A stretch of 32,000 nt of DNA, from positions 1 to 32,000 of the forward strand of contig SUPR01000001.1 in NCBI GenBank assembly GCA_005191425.1. The letters are read 5' to 3'. Origin of the DNA: Candidatus Helarchaeota ASGARD archaeon Hel_GB_B. GTDB lineage: Archaea; Asgardarchaeota; Lokiarchaeia; Helarchaeales; HEL-GB-B. The translations under genes and the position numbers were made by a program. The notes under the pieces are model-generated. The model saw nothing but the letters and a program-made list of their open reading frames with translations. It was not told the origin of the DNA and ran no database searches. Shown here piece after piece: positions 17,616 through 26,812 of the stretch; position 1 is the stretch's first letter, and each line of letters opens with the position of its first letter.

Positions 17616-18581
17616 TTAATATAACTTCTCTAATTCAGTACCACATTTAGGACATCTATATCTTGCAGGTTTTGGGACTTTATATTGAACATTACAATAT
17701 CTACATATCATAGGATAACTCTTTTTTTCTTGTTGTTGTCTGGCTTGTTCTATGAGCTTATTACAATAGTCGATTTGCTCTTGTAACCAAGTCATTCCAT
17801 CTTCAAATTTGACTTTACTTGCATATTCATATGCTTGCTTAAATAGATTTAACGCTTCATGATGATCCCCAGATTGTAATCTGGATAACGCTACATTTGA
17901 AAGCTTTTTATAATTTTCCAATGCTTTTAAATATGCTTGCTGGTCAAATGATTCTTGAGCCTCTACAGTTTCTCCCTGTTGATTTGCTTGCGATACTTGC
18001 GTCTGAGTTTGCGTTGCTGTAGACGCTGTGCTACTTATTGTCGGCATGCCAATGTCTTCTCGCTCACCTATTAATAATTTAGTTAATGCATAAAATACCT
18101 CGTTTACACTTTGCCCTGATTTTGCAGATGATTCAATATAACTAACCCCTCTTTGGGCTGCAAACTCCCGCGCCTCTTCCACTGACACTTCACGATCTGG
18201 TAAGTCGGCCTTATTTCCCACTAATACCCACGGAATATTACTGCCACAATTTGTGAATACCTCATTGAACCATGTATTAGATAAACTCTCAAAACTCTTA
18301 CGATTCGTAATATCAAAAGCAAAGATCGCACCAGAAGCACCTTTATAGTAAAGTGGACGAATATAAGCGAACCTTTCCTGCCCACCAGTGTCCCATATTT
18401 GTAATTTGACTTTCTTTCCATTAATTTCAATTGTTTTTATTGAGAAATCTACCCCAATTGTCATTTTATATTGGTCTCTAAAAATTCCTTGCGCAAAACG
18501 GGTAGTTAATGCTGTCTTACCTACACCACCTGATCCGATCACAATTATCTTAAATAAATAGTCAAAATCTCCATTTGTCAT
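17616..18581 (-). CDS. Rab-like small GTPase with C-terminal helical (TPR-like) domain and Zn-ribbon
   Basis: G1 GSGGVGKT, RabF1 IGVDF, RabF2 KLQIW, G3 DTGGQE, YYKGA, G4 NKAD, G5 SAK; T/Q-rich linker; EALNLFKQAYEYA helices; CRYC...CPKC. Confidence 0.92.
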   Translation of the reverse strand: MTNGDFDYLFKIIVIGSGGVGKTALTTRFAQGIFRDQYKMTIGVDFSIKTIEINGKKVKLQIWDTGGQERFAYIRPLYYKGASGAIFAFDITNRKSFESLSNTWFNEVFTNCGSNIPWVLVGNKADLPDREVSVEEAREFAAQRGVSYIESSAKSGQSVNEVFYALTKLLIGEREDIGMPTISSTASTATQTQTQVSQANQQGETVEAQESFDQQAYLKALENYKKLSNVALSRLQSGDHHEALNLFKQAYEYASKVKFEDGMTWLQEQIDYCNKLIEQARQQQEKKSYPMICRYCNVQYKVPKPARYRCPKCGTELEKLY

Positions 18582-19185
18582 ACTGATTCACTCACAAGTT
18601 CTCAAATACTATATTTATGTTTGATAATTTTAATATTTAATCAGATTAATCAATTTTGATTTTATTATAATCAATTATAATTTAAAAGCTTTTTTTAATT
18701 TAAGAATAATTTTTTATTTGTCATAGAAATTACAAAAGTAAATATAATAAAAAATTACAAATAAGTGGGATTTTTTATTTACTAAATTTTTTCAACATGA
18801 ATTCTAGAACAACTTAACAAATCAAACTGCTTAAATTCTATTTTATTTATTATTTTGAAACCATTTAAAAAGATTTAAACCTAGATAGTTATATTTCCAT
18901 AAATGTTATGTCCATATAAATTTATTTTATAGATTTTAATTGAATTTATAATAATTAACTAATTTTAAAAAGAGATTAAATGGTTATTTCTTGACGAATT
19001 TTTTAATTACTTTGCTTATTTTTAATTTTGTTTGTTTGATTTTCCTTCGAAATAAAATGTTTTTCACTAAAATTTAGCATTTTGTTTGTTATTTTGTTAA
19101 ATATTTTTAATGATAATTTTATATTTTATATTGATGTTAATAATTATTAACTTAAATCGATGATTTAACTTTAGGCGGATAAAAA

Positions 19186-19890
19186 ATGTTCGAAATTGAT
19201 GATGTTTTAAATGAATACCATTTTGTAAAGCGATTGAATAAATATACAGGAATTATAAAAAAGGGTAAAAGTTCAGAAAAAGTTTACGTACCGAATCCAG
19301 GACGTCTAAAGAATTTATTAGTCCCCAACGCCCCTGTTTTTGTTAAAAAAACAGACAAGCCAAACAGAAAAACTCAATTTGATCTATTAGCGGTAAAAAA
19401 TAAAGAAGACATAATTGTGGGTATTGATTCCCGACTACCAAATTGGTTATTTGAGTTTCTTCTTAAAAATAATGAAATTGAAGAATTAAAAAACTATTCG
19501 ATAAAAAAGAAAGAATATAGAATAGGGAATTCACGTATTGATTATCTCCTTGAAAATAAGAAAAAAAAGTACTTGGTCGAATTAAAAATTTGTACTTTAG
19601 TCGAAAAAAGTACCTTATTATTCCCGGACGCAGTTTCAGCTAGGTCTACGAAGCATTTATTAGATTTAATTAAAATAAATAAACAAGAATACCAGATTAT
19701 AGTATATTTTCTAGGGCTTAGGTCTGACCCAACTAACTTTAGACCAAACTCAGAAGTAGACCCTAAATTTAGTGATGCTTTTAATTCGGCACTAAAAGAA
19801 TCCATTGATTTAATACCTGTTAAGTCCGATATAGAATATAAAAACAATAAACTTCTATTTTCTAATTTTGAGAAAATCCCTATAGCCTAA
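19186..19890 (+). CDS. sfsA: Sugar fermentation stimulation protein A (PD-(D/E)xK nuclease fold)
   Basis: RLNKY, VPNPGRLKNLL, RKTQFDL, SRIDYLL, VELKICTL, FPDAVSARSTKHL, FRPNSEVDPKF. Confidence 0.9.
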   Translation: MFEIDDVLNEYHFVKRLNKYTGIIKKGKSSEKVYVPNPGRLKNLLVPNAPVFVKKTDKPNRKTQFDLLAVKNKEDIIVGIDSRLPNWLFEFLLKNNEIEELKNYSIKKKEYRIGNSRIDYLLENKKKKYLVELKICTLVEKSTLLFPDAVSARSTKHLLDLIKINKQEYQIIVYFLGLRSDPTNFRPNSEVDPKFSDAFNSALKESIDLIPVKSDIEYKNNKLLFSNFEKIPIA

Positions 19891-19923
19891 TTAATTCCTC
19901 TTTTTATTTTAAACTTCCTTTTT

Positions 19924-19971
19924 AGTCCAAATTTCAATATATCGATATATAATAATTTTTAAATTTGGACT
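19924..19971. repeat. Nested inverted repeat: 11-bp arms AGTCCAAATTT / AAATTTGGACT enclosing the 14-bp palindrome ATATATCGATATAT
   Basis: Read directly: arms at 19924-19934 and 19961-19971, palindrome at 19937-19950, in the sfsA-afpA intergenic region. Confidence 0.75.
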
Positions 19972-20175
19972 TGTCGGTCTTTTAATAAAAAAATTAAAAA
20001 TAAAGTATCCTCTAATTCTTATTGAATATTATAGACTAAAAATTGTAAATTAAAGAGATATTTAGAAAAATACGCCCATATTTCAATTGATATTTTAAAA
20101 AAATTACGCTAAAAAATTGAGAATTTTTCTAAATACAATTTATTATTCCTACAAACTGGAACTGTGAAGAATAAA

Positions 20176-20721
20176 ATGGAACTGAATATCGTCTGGGGTA
20201 TTACAGGTTGCGGAGATTTTATTCAAGAAACTTTTGATTTGATAAAATTGATTGTAGATAAATATAAAATTAATATTACAATTATTATCTCTAAACAAGG
20301 TGAGATGGTCTTAAAATGGTATAAATTATATAAGCCACTCATGAGTCTATTTCCTAAATGCTTTTGCGAGATTGGTCCTAATCAACCTTTTCTGGCAGGG
20401 CCATTACAACGCGGTAAATATGATTTTTTATTCGTCTGTCCTGCTTCTGGAAATACAGTTGCAAAAATAGTCTATGGAATTGCCGATACCTTAATTACAA
20501 ATTGCGTTGCTCAAACAATTAAAGGTTTTGTACCTGTTTACATTTTTCCCGTTGATCAGCGGCCTGGAGATATCACTACAACTCTACCCAATGGACAAAA
20601 GCTTAAATTAAGAATGAGAAAAATTGATTTAAAAAATGTGGAATTATTAAGAAATATGGAAGGTATCACAGTACTTTCTCACCCAAAAGAAATCATAAAG
20701 GTCATTGAAAAAAGAATTTAA
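20176..20721 (+). CDS. afpA: Archaeoflavoprotein AfpA-like (HFCD flavoprotein family)
   Basis: WGITGCGD, PFLAGPLQRGKYDFLFVCPASGNTVAKIVYGIADTLITN, VPVYIFPVDQ. ATG at 20176 is preferred; the track uses GTG at 20164. Confidence 0.8.
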   Translation: MELNIVWGITGCGDFIQETFDLIKLIVDKYKINITIIISKQGEMVLKWYKLYKPLMSLFPKCFCEIGPNQPFLAGPLQRGKYDFLFVCPASGNTVAKIVYGIADTLITNCVAQTIKGFVPVYIFPVDQRPGDITTTLPNGQKLKLRMRKIDLKNVELLRNMEGITVLSHPKEIIKVIEKRI

Positions 20722-21032
20722 ATTTTTAATAAAAGCATATACTCTAAAAATTAAACAATTTCTACTTTTATTTTTTCTTATTTCTATTTCATTTATTATT
20801 CTTTCATCAAATGTGAAAATTCTTTCCATATAATATATAAAATTCAATGTCTTTTCCATATTGACTCCATCCTCCCGGTTTTAAACTTTTTTTATTTTAA
20901 CAATTAAAAAAATAAAGTTTACTCTTTTACTAATGTAATTTTAAAAGTAATTTAAAAATTTGAACATAAATTCTTAGTTAATAAAATATAAGAATCAAAT
21001 TAAAATTAAAAAAAATAAAAAAATTGAGATAA

Positions 21033-22217
21033 TTAATCTGGGTGGCCTAAGATTGTCACAGAACAAACAGAATAAGCTCCACCTAAATTATGTGCAAGCG
21101 CAAGATTTGGATCTTTTACTTGCTCGCCTAACGCTTTTCCTTGTAATTGTTTATAACATTCCCAGATCATTCTACAGCCTGTAGCACCAATTGGATGCCC
21201 AAAGCACTTTAGTCCACCAGATGGATTGACAGCTACTTGGCCATCAACATTGAAAAACCCTTCTTTTAATTTTGTTGGAGCCTCACCTATTTCACAAAAC
21301 CCTAAATCTTGGCAATTTAATAATTCGGTTATTGTAAAACAGTCATGGACTTCAGCAAGCGAAATTTCTTGAGCAGGGTTAGTAACGCCAGCTTCATGAT
21401 ATGCGAGTTCAGCAGCTCTTCTGGTAGCAGGGAATTTAATAAAATCGAATTTTGGGTCGTACCAGGGAGTTGCGGTTTCAACGGCAACGGCATTTGCTTT
21501 AACAATGATATAATCAGAGTTAAAAGAGGGAGCCAATTCTGGAGTGGTGATAACAAGTGCGGCGGACCCATCAGACATAGCGCAGCAATCGTATCTGCCC
21601 AATGGATCAGCAATCATAGGAGCGTTCATTGCGTCTTCAATGGTAATAGCACGCCTAAAGTGAGCTTTGGGATGTTTTACGCCATTTTTATGGTTTTTGA
21701 CGGCGACTCTAGCCAAATCTTCTTTAGTCCAGCCGTGTTCATGAAAAGACCTGGTAGCTGCAAAGCAGAACATAGCAGGCGCCGAGGGCAATGGAAGAAG
21801 AGGATGGCCCATTTGTTTAAAGCCAGGTAGCCCGGATGAGCCTTCGTCCATTAACTTTTCAACGCCACAAGCCAGTACTACATCATTGACGCCAGATGCA
21901 ACTGCAAAGCACGCATTTCTAAAGGCGTCCATACCAGATGCACAGAAATTTTCTACTCGAGTGATAGGTTTTCCATAGAGTTTTAAGGAGTCAGCAGCAG
22001 TAACACCAGCTAGGCCAGTAAACCAATATTGATTTCCAAGCCAGATAGCTTCGATAGTATTTTCAATTTCATCATGATCTTTAAAGCCAGCGTCATTAAA
22101 AGCTTCATAACCAGCTTCAATTAAAAGGTCTTCAACGCCCATATCCCATCTTTCGCCAAATTTAGTAGCGCCACCACCAATAATTGCTACACGATCTCTA
22201 ATACCTTTTTTACCCAT
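21033..22217 (-). CDS. Thiolase-family acyltransferase (SCP2-type/archaeal thiolase)
   Basis: ENFCASG (catalytic Cys), NHKNG...P.AH, DCCAMSDG, EVHDCFT, GGLKCFGHPIGATG, HNLGG. Confidence 0.9.
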   Translation of the reverse strand: MGKKGIRDRVAIIGGGATKFGERWDMGVEDLLIEAGYEAFNDAGFKDHDEIENTIEAIWLGNQYWFTGLAGVTAADSLKLYGKPITRVENFCASGMDAFRNACFAVASGVNDVVLACGVEKLMDEGSSGLPGFKQMGHPLLPLPSAPAMFCFAATRSFHEHGWTKEDLARVAVKNHKNGVKHPKAHFRRAITIEDAMNAPMIADPLGRYDCCAMSDGSAALVITTPELAPSFNSDYIIVKANAVAVETATPWYDPKFDFIKFPATRRAAELAYHEAGVTNPAQEISLAEVHDCFTITELLNCQDLGFCEIGEAPTKLKEGFFNVDGQVAVNPSGGLKCFGHPIGATGCRMIWECYKQLQGKALGEQVKDPNLALAHNLGGAYSVCSVTILGHPD

Positions 22218-22219
22218 AT

Positions 22220-23677
22220 TTATTCAGCCTCCGCCTTTTTTACAGAAGGTTTACATTTATAATAATAACCAATCATATTTTGGTGTTGTTCAAGGTCTCC
22301 GCCTTCATGTAATTTTCTAAAGATGATATCAACTTTATCCCCGATTTTAACTTCATAAGGATTGCAATCGGTCATATTTAGGAGAATTCTGCCGCCACCA
22401 TCAAGTTCGATAACGCACCTTGGGACAGGTGTTTCAAAGTATTCGGCTCCGATTAAGTGATCAAGGGTAAAAGTATAAATGGTACCATGTCTGGGGAGTT
22501 TATAAAGTTCCCAATTATCTTTAGCTCCGCAGACCATACAAGCTCGCCAGTTTGGATATTGGACAGCACCACAATTTTTACATTTTATTCCATAGAGTTT
22601 ATGAACTCTGAGGGCTTCTCTCCAGATCAAAACAGGGCTAGCTTTACGGGTTAATGGTTTTTTAGATTTAACAAGGTATCGATTTTTAAGATATGTATTA
22701 TAATTATCAAGAGTTTTTTGTTTTCTAATGCGTTTCTTAACTTTCATTCTATCTTTGCTTAGTTCTTTTCCGGAACCCGTTCCAGTTAAATAGAAGGCAT
22801 CAGCCCCATCACCATAACCACCTAGAAGGATATTTTGACCTTCTTTAACTTTTTCGAAGACCGTGGCTAGAGATATAAAAGGTAACGGTGTACCTACGTT
22901 TGATAAGTCCATCCATAATGGGTCAACTACTGCTTTTTTATCAAATTTCATTATTTTAGCTATAGTTCCATGGAATCGAGGGTCTGGAGCATAGTAAGCT
23001 GCTTTATCGACTTTATCAGGAGTCAATTCAAATTTTTCCATTAGTCCTTTAAAAGCACGTACCATAGAATCGGTATAATTTAATTTAGTTTCGACTTTAA
23101 TTTCGAATGTCCTTACAAATTCATCAAAAGATCGCCTATAAGGGCCAACAGTATTAGTGCTTATGGAATAATAACCCTCAATATTAGCAATGCCAGGTTC
23201 ACTAGAAACTAATACCGAAGCAGCTGCGTCACCGAAAGCATATTCATACATAGTTAAAGGTTCAGGGTCTCTTTTATCAGAAGTTACAATTAATATATTT
23301 TTAGCATCACCTGCTTTGATAGTGTCGTAAGCAACTCGGAGAGCTGTTGTTGCTGCTCGAGTAGTTCCAAGGAAATCATTAGTTAAAATATCATCATTTA
23401 AGTCAAGGACAGTAGTAATAAGAGATGCATTTAATTTTTCAGCATATGGAGCAGTAGTGGAAGCAAAAAATAGACCATCAACAGATTTAAGGTCAATACC
23501 TTTTAAGCATTCAAGACCGGCTTCAACTGCCATTGTAATGCTGTCTTCGTCATAATTAGCTACAGATTTTGTTCCAGGTACAATTGGAAAATCCCAAGCT
23601 TCACCAATTTTCTTTCTAGGGAGTTTATAACCTGGGAGATAAGTACCCCATGATTTTATAGACACCAATTTTTCCAA
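22220..23677 (-). CDS. HMG-CoA-synthase-like domain (catalytic residues missing) fused to DUF35 Zn-ribbon/OB-fold
   Basis: KSVANYDEDSITMAVEA and GDAAA (HMGS fold); C-terminal CKNCGAVQYPNWRACMVC and GTIYTFT...VKIGDKV (DUF35). Ends 2 nt before the thiolase start. Confidence 0.85.
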   Translation of the reverse strand: MEKLVSIKSWGTYLPGYKLPRKKIGEAWDFPIVPGTKSVANYDEDSITMAVEAGLECLKGIDLKSVDGLFFASTTAPYAEKLNASLITTVLDLNDDILTNDFLGTTRAATTALRVAYDTIKAGDAKNILIVTSDKRDPEPLTMYEYAFGDAAASVLVSSEPGIANIEGYYSISTNTVGPYRRSFDEFVRTFEIKVETKLNYTDSMVRAFKGLMEKFELTPDKVDKAAYYAPDPRFHGTIAKIMKFDKKAVVDPLWMDLSNVGTPLPFISLATVFEKVKEGQNILLGGYGDGADAFYLTGTGSGKELSKDRMKVKKRIRKQKTLDNYNTYLKNRYLVKSKKPLTRKASPVLIWREALRVHKLYGIKCKNCGAVQYPNWRACMVCGAKDNWELYKLPRHGTIYTFTLDHLIGAEYFETPVPRCVIELDGGGRILLNMTDCNPYEVKIGDKVDIIFRKLHEGGDLEQHQNMIGYYYKCKPSVKKAEAE

Positions 23678-23948
23678 CTCATATAATTTATCTATTTTTT
23701 ATATGTTTTAATATTTGAAGTTATGTTTAAATTATTCTGGAAGTTTAGTTATTTCTTATTTTTGCTATTTTTATTCTTCCAAAAATTACGAATCAGTATA
23801 AATTAGATGATCAAGTTTTTAAAAAAAATTTTCTATGCAGTAAATTTTTTTTAAAGTATCAACTAAATTAGAATTATTAAAAGATTTGAGTTCAATAGTT
23901 CAAGTGGGCGATAAATATTTATAAAAATGAGGGTTTAAATAATGAAAG

Positions 23949-25289
23949 TTGGTCAAAATGAATAATATAAAAATTGGAAAAATTGGTATAATAGGACTCG
24001 GATATGTTGGGTTTATATCAGCTGTAGGATTTGCACTGAAAGGGTATAAAGTTAAATGTGTTGATATATTAGAAAACAATGTTAAGATGGCAAACAATGG
24101 TGAAGTGCCATTTTTTGAGCCGAATTTAAGAGAAAATCTTGGTAAAGTCCTTGAAAGTAAAAGATTTAGTGCGTCAAAGGATTATACAATATTAAAAGAC
24201 ACGGATATTTCGTTTATTTGTGTTGGGACGCCTTCATTAAAGACTGGAGAGATAGATTTAAAATATATAAAGAGTTCTGCGGAAAATTTGGGTAAAGTTC
24301 TTGGGACGATGGACCATTTTCATGTAGCTGTTGTAAAAAGTACAGTAGTACCGGGTACAACAGAAGAAGTGGTATTACCAATTCTTGAGAAATTTTCAGG
24401 TAAGAAGTGTGGAGTAGATTTTTCTATAGCAATGACGCCCGAATTTTTAAAAGAGGGAGATGCTATGAATGACTTTTTGAATCCAGATAGAACAGTTATA
24501 GGGGCATCAGACCAAAGAACAGCAAATTTATTAAAAAATTTGTTTATGCAATTAGGAGGAAAAATATTGATTGTTAGAAATCCAAGGACAGCTGAAATGA
24601 TAAAATATGCAAATAATACTTTCTTAGCAATGAAAATTTCGTTTATAAATGAATTGGCAAATATATCCAGGACAATTGGAGGAATAGATATTAATGAAGT
24701 AGCCCAAGGAATTGGTCTAGACCAGAGAATTTCCGGTAAATTCTTGAAGGCAGGGTGCGGTTTTGGTGGTTCATGTTTCCCTAAAGATGTAAAAGCAATT
24801 AAAGAATTTGCTAAAAATAGGGGGTATAACCCAATATTAATCAATGCTATTCTAGATGTTAATGAAAAACAACCATTAATCATGATCAAAATTTTGAAAG
24901 AAGCAATTGGTAATTTAAAAGGGAAAAAGATTGCAATTTTAGGGTTATCTTTCAAACCGAATACCTCGGATATGCGGGAAGCCCCTTCGATCAAAATAAT
25001 AGACCAATTAGTAAAGGAAGGTGTAATACTTAATGCATACGACCCAGTTGCTATTGATGAGGCTAAAAAATTAATTAAAGGTACAATTAATTATTCAAAC
25101 TCACTTTTAAATTGTATAAAAGGCGCCGATGCTTGTTTAATAATAACCGAGTGGGATGAATTTCGAGAATTAACCCCAGATTTCTTTATAAAAAATATGA
25201 AAGAACCAATTATTATCGATGGACGTAAAATTTATGATTTTAATTTATTTTCGAGTAAATTAAAATATTATACGATTGGCCAAAAATAG
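23949..25289 (+). CDS. ugd: UDP-glucose/GDP-mannose 6-dehydrogenase family
   Basis: GLGYVG, ICVGTP, KSTVVPGT, PEFLKEG, KYANNTFLAMKISFINE, GFGGSCFPKD, LSFKPNTSDMREAPS. Confidence 0.92.
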   Translation: MVKMNNIKIGKIGIIGLGYVGFISAVGFALKGYKVKCVDILENNVKMANNGEVPFFEPNLRENLGKVLESKRFSASKDYTILKDTDISFICVGTPSLKTGEIDLKYIKSSAENLGKVLGTMDHFHVAVVKSTVVPGTTEEVVLPILEKFSGKKCGVDFSIAMTPEFLKEGDAMNDFLNPDRTVIGASDQRTANLLKNLFMQLGGKILIVRNPRTAEMIKYANNTFLAMKISFINELANISRTIGGIDINEVAQGIGLDQRISGKFLKAGCGFGGSCFPKDVKAIKEFAKNRGYNPILINAILDVNEKQPLIMIKILKEAIGNLKGKKIAILGLSFKPNTSDMREAPSIKIIDQLVKEGVILNAYDPVAIDEAKKLIKGTINYSNSLLNCIKGADACLIITEWDEFRELTPDFFIKNMKEPIIIDGRKIYDFNLFSSKLKYYTIGQK

Positions 25290-25393
25290 AAGTCTTTTTG
25301 AGTAAATTAAAAAATGATATCAATTTTTTAATTTTTTGAGTTATTTATTACAATTTTTTTAATCTAGAAATTGATTTAAAATTAAAAACATGT

Positions 25394-25618
25394 TCATTTA
25401 TGATTTTTTGACGAACTTTTCTTAATATGTTGAGCAAAAGAGCTAAATTTATAAAATAAAAGTGAATTATCAATTACATTTTCTTTACATTGACGACAAA
25501 TCCAAATATTAGGTTCATATTCAATCCAATTTATATAAAATGAAACATTTTCCAGCTTTTCTGCTTGTTTTTTACAAATATTACATGTAATTTTAATACG
25601 AATCCCCCAATATGACAT
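25394..25618 (-). CDS. Small putative Zn-binding protein (CxxC...CxxC), 74 aa
   Basis: CNIC and CRQC pairs; ATG 12 bp after the VWA gene stop, same strand. Confidence 0.5.
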   Translation of the reverse strand: MSYWGIRIKITCNICKKQAEKLENVSFYINWIEYEPNIWICRQCKENVIDNSLLFYKFSSFAQHIKKSSSKNHK

Positions 25619-25630
25619 AAATTTAGAGAA

Positions 25631-26809
25631 TTAAACTAGATTTTTAACAGCGTTTTCAATTCCTTCTAAAGTTAAAGGAAACATTGGAAAAATAGTCCGG
25701 ATTACTTTTACCGTATAACCACCCCAGACATTTTCATTCATTGGGTTTAGCCAGACTGATTTTTTGAAATGTTGACGGAGTCTGTTTAACCAGACAATTC
25801 CAGCAGTCCCATCAGTATCTGTATAATATAAGCTGCCCCCACTGCACATGAGTTCTGAATGGGCCATAGAAGCATCACCGACCATTATCAATTTATAATC
25901 TTCATCACATTTCCTTAAAATATCGCTCGTATATATTGTTTCATCTTGGTTCATATCTTTATATGAAATTTGATAAACACAATTATGAAAATAATAATAT
26001 TTAAAATCTTTAAAAAATCTAAGTGAGTGAGCTGCGGAGAATAGTCGGTTTACTATATCAATATACGGGTCCATTGAGCCGCCTGCGTCCATCATTAACA
26101 AGACTTTAATCCTATTTTTTCTTGGAGGTTGCATGCAAATTTCTAATTCACCTCCATTTTTACATGTTTTATCGATAGTACCATCAAGGTCTAATTCATC
26201 TTCAATACCAACTCTTTTAAATCGACGGAGTTTCTTAAGTGCCATTTGAATTTGACGAATATCAAGTCTAATGTCATTACGATAATTTCTATAATATCGT
26301 TGCATTGCAATTTTTACTGCTGTACCAGCGCCATGAGTACTAGAGAAGCTAATTCCAGTTGGATGGGCGCCATAATTTCCAAAAGGAGAAGTTCCACCAG
26401 TACCTATCCATCTATTGCCCCCATCATGTCGTTCTTTTTGTTCTTTCAATCTCTCTTCAAACATTTTTAATAGTTCATCAAGCCCCAATTTTTTTAATTG
26501 CTCTAATTGCTCTTTTGTTAAATTTAATCTTTTAGGGTCTTCTAACCATTTTAAAATTTCATCTCGAATTGAAATTGGAATATCTAAGCCTTGAAAATAT
26601 TTAAGAAAAATGCGATCATATTCATCATAATATATAATGTCTTTTACAAGAAGAGAACGTGCTAAAAAGTAGAAATTCTCTAGATTACAATTTTCGAGTC
26701 CTAACTCCAATGCTTTAATTAATGTCATAAACTCGGTAATAGAAACCGGGATTCTGCTTTTTTTCAATTCATAGAAGAAATCAATAAACATTTTTTTATT
26801 CCCAATCAA
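25631..26809 (-). CDS. VWA-domain protein, CoxE-like (MoxR partner)
   Basis: FYFLARSLLVKD...YDEYDRIF, HDGGNRWIGTGGTSPFG, MIDAS-like LMMDAGGSMD, YYFHNCVY, VGDASM, VWLNP. Confidence 0.88.
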   Translation of the reverse strand: MIGNKKMFIDFFYELKKSRIPVSITEFMTLIKALELGLENCNLENFYFLARSLLVKDIIYYDEYDRIFLKYFQGLDIPISIRDEILKWLEDPKRLNLTKEQLEQLKKLGLDELLKMFEERLKEQKERHDGGNRWIGTGGTSPFGNYGAHPTGISFSSTHGAGTAVKIAMQRYYRNYRNDIRLDIRQIQMALKKLRRFKRVGIEDELDLDGTIDKTCKNGGELEICMQPPRKNRIKVLLMMDAGGSMDPYIDIVNRLFSAAHSLRFFKDFKYYYFHNCVYQISYKDMNQDETIYTSDILRKCDEDYKLIMVGDASMAHSELMCSGGSLYYTDTDGTAGIVWLNRLRQHFKKSVWLNPMNENVWGGYTVKVIRTIFPMFPLTLEGIENAVKNLV

Positions 26810-26812
26810 TAA

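Noticed and set aside
16068-19185. Provirus or integrative element around the tyrosine recombinase
   Set aside because: No tRNA, no paired att direct repeat, no second full dif-like site and no viral, conjugative or replication genes were seen; the flanks are cellular genes.
20647-20859. 70-aa minus-strand ORF with GGAGG upstream
   Set aside because: Overlaps the 3' end of afpA by 75 bp and has no motif. It cannot be excluded but is not supportable.
20883-20920. Imperfect T/A-rich inverted repeat between convergent afpA and thiolase genes
   Set aside because: Could be a bidirectional terminator but is low-complexity and expected by chance in this composition.
22220-23677. Annotation as functional HMG-CoA synthase (mevalonate pathway)
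   Set aside because: Catalytic Glu, Cys and His positions appear substituted.
23900-24097. 65-aa minus-strand ORF
   Set aside because: Antisense to the ugd 5' end.
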